Shown: one piece after another, positions 28,990 to 34,800 of the stretch
How positions within the stretch are numbered: position 1 is the first letter of the stretch
Layout of the letters: the number at the start of each line of letters is the position of its first letter
DNA from: Candidatus Tayloriibacteriota bacterium
GTDB taxonomy: Bacteria > Patescibacteriota > Minisyncoccia > Phycocordibacterales > PALSA-1337
Length of the DNA: 34,800 nucleotides
Direction of reading: 5' to 3'
Assembly (NCBI GenBank): GCA_025353045.1
Contig: JANXRK010000045.1
Span: 1-34,800 of the forward strand
The notes under the pieces: model-generated
The model's database searches: none
What the model was told of the DNA's origin: nothing
The model's input: the letters and a program-made list of their open reading frames with translations, nothing else
Position numbers and translations under genes: made by a program

Positions 28990-29628
28990 ATGGAATATTT
29001 GCATTGGAAAGAAGAGAGAATGACTGACGATTCAGCTGAAAGTATTTGCCGTATGTATGACAATGGTTTTGTTTTTACTCGTTTGGATAAAGGAATGATG
29101 CATCAAACAAGATCAGTGCGTATTGATTTAAGTAAATTCGAAATCTCAAGTGAAAATCGGCGTATCATGCGTAAAGGTGAAGAAATTATGATGGATAAGC
29201 ATACTATTCCTTTTATGAAATACGATTGGAATATTGGAAAATTAGCCAAAGATTTTTATGATAAAAAAGCTGGTGGAGCTTTTAGTGCAAATAAAATAAA
29301 AGAGCTTATCACTACTCCGCACAACTTCAATAATCTTTTTTCTTTTTCAAATCTTGGTTTTGCAATCTGTTACGAAAATTCTCATATGCTTCACTATTGC
29401 TATCCTTTTTATGATTTAGAAAAAAGTGTTAAAGATATGGGATTGATTATGATGACTAAAAGTATTGCGAAGGCACAAATGGAAGGTAAAAAATATGTAT
29501 ATGTGGGTTCACTACAAAGACCGACTGACACTTACAAGCTCCAGTTTTCTGGGATAGAATGGTTTGATGAGAAAGGGTGGAGTGATGACATAGAAAAAGT
29601 TAAAATAATTCTTAATGAAGGAAAATAA
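28990..29628 (+). CDS. Bpt/ATE-like aminoacyl-tRNA-dependent transferase (GNAT-like fold)
   Basis: YDNGF..TR; SVRIDLSKFEISSENRRIMRK; YPFYD...MGLIMM..I..AQ.EGKKYVYVG.....YKLQF, matching the ATE_N/ATE_C layout. Confidence 0.7.
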   Translation: MEYLHWKEERMTDDSAESICRMYDNGFVFTRLDKGMMHQTRSVRIDLSKFEISSENRRIMRKGEEIMMDKHTIPFMKYDWNIGKLAKDFYDKKAGGAFSANKIKELITTPHNFNNLFSFSNLGFAICYENSHMLHYCYPFYDLEKSVKDMGLIMMTKSIAKAQMEGKKYVYVGSLQRPTDTYKLQFSGIEWFDEKGWSDDIEKVKIILNEGK

Positions 29629-31012
29629 TAAACATATTCATATTGTAGGGATTTGTGGCGTAGGAACTGGCGCTTTAGCTATTGCCCTACACCAAGCTGG
29701 ATATAAAGTAACCGGTTCTGACAAAGGTTTCTTCCCTCCTGTTTCAGATGAATTGAAAGATGCTGGTGTGAATTTCCATGCAGGCTGGCATCCTGAAAAT
29801 TTTGAGACCTTAGGAATTCCTGAAATTTTCGTAGCTGGTGGCGGAGGGACAGCAAGTACCAATCCTGAACTGATCTGGGCAAAAGAAAAAAATATTCCAA
29901 TTATTACTTTCGCTGAGGCTGTCGGAAAGTTTATCACAAAAAAGAATTCAATCGTCTGTACGGGAACGTGGGGTAAAAGTACTTCCACCGCCCTTCTCTC
30001 GCATATTTTTGAATATGCAAAAATGGATCCGAGTTATTTTATTGGTGCAGTTCCGCTTGGAATGAAAGCTGGTAAATTAACTTCAACCAATATAAGTATT
30101 GTCGAAGGTGATGAATATCAAGCCGCTATTTTTGACAAGCGTGCAAAGTTTTTATTTCATAATCCCTCTCATCTTCTTCTTACTGCGGTTTCTTGGGATC
30201 ATGCTGATCTATATCCAACAATTGAAGACTATTTAAATGCTTTTAGAAAACTGATTACGCTTCCAACTCTTACGACCATTGCCGCTTGTGCTGATAATGA
30301 AAATGTAAAAAATATTTTAAAAGAAACACAAAAAAATGTGGTGTGGTATGGAAGTTCAGAAAAAGCAGACGCACGATATGAAAAAATAGACATGGATCAA
30401 GATGGAATTACTTTTGATATTTCTTTTAAAGGAGAAACATATAAAATTAAAAGTCACCTTTTAGGAACATATAATGCGGAAAATATTACAGGATGCTTTT
30501 TAATGGCTGCTCAATTTAATATTCCGATTGAAAAAATAATTGAAGGAATTGCTTCATTCAAAGGAATGCGACGAAGAATCGAGAAGCGATTGGATGGAGA
30601 TATAAAAGTAATTAGTGATATCGCTCATTCACCCGCTAAAGTCCAGGTCGTCCTTGAAACCCTGCGAAAAGTTACGAAAGGTAAAATCTTGGCTGTTTTT
30701 GAACCAAATATTGGAGCACGAGAAAAGTCCACATTACATTACTATGATAATGCTTTTAAAGATGCAGATATGGTCGTAATTCCAAAACTTTCGAGTCTAA
30801 AGATAGAAGAAGGGAAAGAAGTTACCGCGGTAGATGGACAAGGACTCTATGAAGCCATTTCAAAAACACACATTAATGCAAAATATATTGAGGATGATCT
30901 CCAATTAGTCACACTCCTTTCAACCACAGCAAAAAAAGGTGACGCTATTGTCTTCCTAGGATCTCACGGTTTCCGTGGGATGATTGAGGAAATCATCAAG
31001 AAACTTTCTTAA
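29615..31012 (+). CDS. Mpl/MurC-like Mur ligase
   Basis: HIVGICGVG, VTGSD, GTWGKSTST, EGDEY, SWDHADLY, FKGMRRR, DIAHSP. Confidence 0.88.
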   Translation: MKENNKHIHIVGICGVGTGALAIALHQAGYKVTGSDKGFFPPVSDELKDAGVNFHAGWHPENFETLGIPEIFVAGGGGTASTNPELIWAKEKNIPIITFAEAVGKFITKKNSIVCTGTWGKSTSTALLSHIFEYAKMDPSYFIGAVPLGMKAGKLTSTNISIVEGDEYQAAIFDKRAKFLFHNPSHLLLTAVSWDHADLYPTIEDYLNAFRKLITLPTLTTIAACADNENVKNILKETQKNVVWYGSSEKADARYEKIDMDQDGITFDISFKGETYKIKSHLLGTYNAENITGCFLMAAQFNIPIEKIIEGIASFKGMRRRIEKRLDGDIKVISDIAHSPAKVQVVLETLRKVTKGKILAVFEPNIGAREKSTLHYYDNAFKDADMVVIPKLSSLKIEEGKEVTAVDGQGLYEAISKTHINAKYIEDDLQLVTLLSTTAKKGDAIVFLGSHGFRGMIEEIIKKLS

Positions 31013-31015
31013 TAA

Positions 31016-31180
31016 TTACTTCCCTTCGTCAACGATCTGAGTTGTAACTGAGTCTCCTTCAATCTTTTTTACAAGCAAAGTAATTCCGCAATGATTACAC
31101 TCAATAATCATTCCTTCTTTAATTGATGGATACCTTGAAAGGTCTAATTCATTCTTACATTCTGGGCAAATTGCTTTCAT
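31016..31180 (-). CDS. LysW-like zinc-ribbon protein, 54 aa (not in the ORF track)
   Basis: MKAICPECKNELDLSRYPSIKEGMIIECNHCGITLLVKKIEGDSVTTQIVDEGK; CPEC...G.IIECxxCG..L.V pattern; TAATAT 6 nt before ATG. Confidence 0.85.
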   Translation of the reverse strand: MKAICPECKNELDLSRYPSIKEGMIIECNHCGITLLVKKIEGDSVTTQIVDEGK

Positions 31181-31238
31181 ATTTTGATATTATTTGTCAA
31201 TACTTCTAATACTACCCAAAAGGTTGTAATATATCAAG

Positions 31239-32114
31239 ATGATCACACGCCAGGAACCTGTACCAGAATTAGCAAAAGCCTTAGAGATGATATCTCTATA
31301 CTATAAAAGAGAGGATTTGCACCCTTATGGTTCACATAAGGGGCGATCTCTTCCGATCATGATTGATACTTATATAAAAGATGGTGTAGACCATTTTGCT
31401 GTTTCTTCTTCCGGAAATGCCGCCCTCGCTTCGGCTTTTTACATAGAAAAATTGAATAAAGATAAATCTTTAGATATCAAACTCGACATCTTAGTTGGTC
31501 AACACATTACAACAAAAAAACTTAGAAAATTAGAGCAGTTTAAAAGTGAATATATAAAGATCACAAGCCACGACCGCCCTCTTCAGACACTTTTTGCAAT
31601 AACAAAGGATTCTACTATCAAACCACTGCGACAATCAAACGACGATACTGCGCTTTTAGGTTACGATGCATTAGCAAAAGAGCTTTTGGAGATTAAAGAT
31701 CTTCAAGCGGTTTTTATAGGCACGTCTTCTGGAACAACAGCTCAAGCATTGGCACAATACTTCAAATCACAAGATAAAAAAATAGAAATTCATATCGTTC
31801 AAACATCATCATGCCATCATATTTCAGATAATTTCGTAAATGATCAACTCATTGAAGAACAATCGATCGCTGATGCTATTGTCGATCAGACAGCATTAAG
31901 AAAAGACATCGTTTTCAAATTACTTAAAGAAAACGATGGGGGTGGGTGGATCGTCTCAAATGAACAGATACGAGCAGCTCAGGAATTGAGTAAAAAGCAT
32001 GCGAAAATCGATGTCTCCACAAACAGTGCCCTCTCTTTGGCCGGCCTTATGCAAGCAGTGTATACCGGCAAAAGTTGGTCTGGTTCAGTTGTCTGTATGA
32101 TTTGTGGGGACTAA
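31239..32114 (+). CDS. PLP-dependent fold-type II enzyme (threonine synthase/dehydratase/cysteine synthase superfamily)
   Basis: KREDLHPYGSHKGR (PLP lysine); SSSGNAA; GTSSGTT phosphate loop; SIADAI; VVCMICG. Confidence 0.9.
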   Translation: MITRQEPVPELAKALEMISLYYKREDLHPYGSHKGRSLPIMIDTYIKDGVDHFAVSSSGNAALASAFYIEKLNKDKSLDIKLDILVGQHITTKKLRKLEQFKSEYIKITSHDRPLQTLFAITKDSTIKPLRQSNDDTALLGYDALAKELLEIKDLQAVFIGTSSGTTAQALAQYFKSQDKKIEIHIVQTSSCHHISDNFVNDQLIEEQSIADAIVDQTALRKDIVFKLLKENDGGGWIVSNEQIRAAQELSKKHAKIDVSTNSALSLAGLMQAVYTGKSWSGSVVCMICGD

Positions 32115-32127
32115 AGATTGGGCTATT

Positions 32128-33426
32128 TTAGAGACTTCTAACTGCTTTCACAAATCTCTCCCCTCTTTCTTTTCTAGAAATATCAATTCCCACCGCATCA
32201 AAAGCTGGACTAAATAAGACCTTATCACCCTTCTTTGCATTTTCATATGCTAATTTAACGGCCTCTTCTAGAGTTAATGTTTGAATAAGATTAATATTTT
32301 CTAGTGCCTCAATATGAGGACGAATTCCTAAAGTTCCACTTCCTGGTAGAAGGATTACAGTCGATACATACTGTGGAATATCTTTTATAAGTTCTTGGTA
32401 GTCATAACCAGTATAAGCACCACCCAAAATGAGGATAGTATTTTTTCCTGAAGACAATGAACGAAGAGCAGATAATGTGGCTTTTGGAGTGATCGAACTT
32501 GCATCATTATAGAATTCAATAGCTGAGACTTTTTTAATAAATTCAATACTTCCTCTCAAACCAAGAAATCCCTGTATGACCTCTTTTGTAAATTCTTTTG
32601 GAACTTTAAATAGTTCGACAGTCTGAAGGACGAGTACAGCGTTATCTCTATCATGAGACATTTTGGTTGAGAGATTCCAATCTACAGGAATTTGATTACT
32701 TCGAGTTCTTAACATTTTTGCTTTTGAAGGAAAGTTTTTCTCTTTGCTAATCGCATCAATAACCTCATCAGTGGAAACTATAAAATTGTTATAGGTCTGG
32801 TATTCTAGAATATCAAGATCAATTTGTGAAGTGATGACTGCTACATGAGGACTGATATGAATTTCATAATAGTACGGTATGAGTCGGTCAGGGATTCTAG
32901 CCAAAACAACATCATCTTTTTTAATTTTCTTTAGGTGAGTCAGTGCTCCATTTGTAGAATCAGGGTCAATAAAGAAAAGTCCTTGATCTTTATACCCTGA
33001 AAAAGCCTTTTTAAGAATTGTGTATATCATGTGAGCAACTGAACTCTTTCCATACAATCCCAAAACTCCAATCAAAGTTATAGGCGGAGAAAGTTTAAAG
33101 AAAAGTGTATCTGGAAATTCGATCTGTATCTCAGCTTGTATGGCTTTTTTAAGAAATAGTGATTTCTTGGATATCTCGGGTGAAATAATAATTAGGTCAA
33201 AATTAATCAATTCTTCCTCAGGAACTTTCCCAAATGTATACATTTCTAAACCAACATCTTTTAATTCAGGAATAAAAACCTTGAGACGCTTTTCACTTCT
33301 CATATCATAAAGAGAAACATTAGCCTTATTTCTCAATAGAAACTTGATATCTGCCATCATTTCACCATGAGGCCCTAGGCCTATAATAGCCACTTTTTTA
33401 GCGTTAAAAAATTCTTTATAGTTCAC
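32128..33426 (-). CDS. Divergent MurD-like Mur ligase
   Basis: KVAIIGLG, IIISPEI, GLYGKSSV, FYNDASS, LILGG, GDKVLFSPA...ERGERF; several canonical MurD motifs are altered. Confidence 0.8.
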   Translation of the reverse strand: MNYKEFFNAKKVAIIGLGPHGEMMADIKFLLRNKANVSLYDMRSEKRLKVFIPELKDVGLEMYTFGKVPEEELINFDLIIISPEISKKSLFLKKAIQAEIQIEFPDTLFFKLSPPITLIGVLGLYGKSSVAHMIYTILKKAFSGYKDQGLFFIDPDSTNGALTHLKKIKKDDVVLARIPDRLIPYYYEIHISPHVAVITSQIDLDILEYQTYNNFIVSTDEVIDAISKEKNFPSKAKMLRTRSNQIPVDWNLSTKMSHDRDNAVLVLQTVELFKVPKEFTKEVIQGFLGLRGSIEFIKKVSAIEFYNDASSITPKATLSALRSLSSGKNTILILGGAYTGYDYQELIKDIPQYVSTVILLPGSGTLGIRPHIEALENINLIQTLTLEEAVKLAYENAKKGDKVLFSPAFDAVGIDISRKERGERFVKAVRSL

Positions 33427-33447
33427 AGGTACACATTATACCAAATA

Positions 33448-33765
33448 TCAATCTCCATCAACTTCTTCACCACCAGTACCCTCAATTAGTCTTTTAACCT
33501 TAATGAGCTCTTGTAGCAGGGCTTGCATTTTCATAGCTTCCTCATCATTTGTATGCTCAAACATAGCAAAAGAAGAGAGTTTCCTTAAGAATAGATTATA
33601 AATGTCATTGAAATATTTTTCTAAAACACTGACGCTATCTTCTGAATTTAATCCTTGATCTCTAACAGTAAACATTTCTGAAGGACGATAGATTCCCTCA
33701 AAATACAGATGGTCATCAGAAAGCACACCATCCAAAGATGGAGAAGTTATTGTATATGTTTTCAT
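33448..33765 (-). CDS. Hypothetical protein
   Basis: 105-aa acidic ORF co-oriented between radC and the murD-like gene. Confidence 0.6.
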   Translation of the reverse strand: MKTYTITSPSLDGVLSDDHLYFEGIYRPSEMFTVRDQGLNSEDSVSVLEKYFNDIYNLFLRKLSSFAMFEHTNDEEAMKMQALLQELIKVKRLIEGTGGEEVDGD

Positions 33766-33799
33766 TAACTTTATTAATTAGTGATTTGTAATGAGAACA

Positions 33800-34573
33800 T
33801 TAATATTGAGCATTTATACTAATGTAGGTACTTTTTGTGATGATCACATGATCGAGAACGTTTATTCCAATTATTTTTCCAGCTTGAATAAGCTGTTGGG
33901 TAATCTCTATATCTTGTGCGCTTGGTGTAGCAATATTCGAAGGATGATTGTGGGCTAAAACTACAGCGGCTGCACTGTGCTCAATAGCTGAACGGAAAAC
34001 TTCTCGAGGATGGACTATGTTTGTATTTATTGTTCCAATAGAAATGACTTCGTCATGGATAACACGATTATGACTATTCAGATAAAGACCTCTTAGATGC
34101 TCCTTGGGTAGATTGTGCATATCTTGAAGATAATCGTATACGTCTTTTGCGCTTCTTATAACAACAAAGCCTGAATCGTTCTTTTCATAGAGTCTGCGTC
34201 CGATCTCACCACATGCAACTATTTGTGCAGCCTTCATAATAGGGATATTTAGCTCTGTAGAAAGTTTTTCTGTATTCTTTTCAGATAAGATACTTTTCTC
34301 CCCGTATTCTCGAATAATACGCGATGACATTTCCAAGACCCCCTCACTTTTTGAACCTACATTGAGAATAATCGCGAGAAGTTCCTGCAATGAAAGTGCT
34401 TCTGGACCCTGTCGTACCATTTTCTCCCTTGGCTGACTTTCCAAAGGTAAATCGTGCACCTTGAGAACATATTTCCTGTCACTTTTATCAAGAAATAAAT
34501 CGGTATCCATAAGACTGTAGAGCCGTTCTGAAGAATTCTTATTTTTAATTGTGTTGTTTGTTTTTGCTATCAT
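33800..34573 (-). CDS. radC: RadC / UPF0758 JAB-domain protein
   Basis: QPREKM...G.EALS..ELLAIIL; VHPREVF; AHNHPS; SAQD; LDHVII. Probable start at MIAK (34573), 6 nt after TATAAT. Confidence 0.93.
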   Translation of the reverse strand: MIAKTNNTIKNKNSSERLYSLMDTDLFLDKSDRKYVLKVHDLPLESQPREKMVRQGPEALSLQELLAIILNVGSKSEGVLEMSSRIIREYGEKSILSEKNTEKLSTELNIPIMKAAQIVACGEIGRRLYEKNDSGFVVIRSAKDVYDYLQDMHNLPKEHLRGLYLNSHNRVIHDEVISIGTINTNIVHPREVFRSAIEHSAAAVVLAHNHPSNIATPSAQDIEITQQLIQAGKIIGINVLDHVIITKSTYISINAQY

Positions 34574-34800
34574 ACATGCATTATACCTATACGCAAAATA
34601 TGCCACAAGGGCATATTTCACAAAAATTTTATCCCTTTTTTATTTCGTGGGGATAACTTCACGTGTATCCCCTCATGGCAGTAATGGCGTGTTAAACTGA
34701 ATGCATGCACAAAACGCAGAGGTATGGCGTTCCAAGCCTGAGGCGGCAGTTTCCAACCAATAATGCCTGTTTGGAACACCTTTTCGATATGCACCACAAG

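Noticed and set aside
31016..32114. Canonical LysW-dependent lysine/arginine biosynthesis operon
   Set aside because: No kinase, reductase, aminotransferase or LysK peptidase genes are present, and the carrier lacks the C-terminal EDWGE.
34620..34800. Partial ORF and ggggata/tatcccc hairpin at the window end
   Set aside because: Truncated by the window edge; reading frame and product cannot be determined.

Overview
AT-rich bacterial chromosomal window. It is probably from Patescibacteria/CPR (Parcubacteria-like); this is an inference from the compact genes, minor-pilin cluster, short RF2 and lack of Shine-Dalgarno sites. It contains tRNA-Gln followed by a small accessory patch (phage-like pseudogene, pyrE, 5'-truncated NUDIX, an 854-aa secreted PG-binding/SGNH/Ig/LamG protein, an orphan histidine kinase). 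Next come murB-secA, pyrG, ftsEX, prfB, five tRNAs, gatCA, a ParD/RelE-type toxin-antitoxin pair, ligA, a type IV pilin/pilD cluster, a DUF4015-like hydrolase and rsmI. The most notable region is 25.3-33.4 kb: an ATP-grasp ligase, an NlpC/P60-like peptidase, an operon of MraY paralog + Bpt/ATE-like aminoacyl-tRNA transferase + Mpl/MurC-like ligase, an unannotated 54-aa LysW-like zinc-ribbon protein ending in DEGK, a fold-type II PLP enzyme and a degenerate MurD. Together these suggest an uncharacterised pathway that makes or modifies a non-canonical cell-envelope peptide precursor. Other signals are many -10 boxes 6-8 nt before start codons (leaderless mRNAs), two candidate structured small RNAs, and several small genes or pseudogenes missing from the ORF track. 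All family assignments come from motif recognition by eye; no database searches were run.
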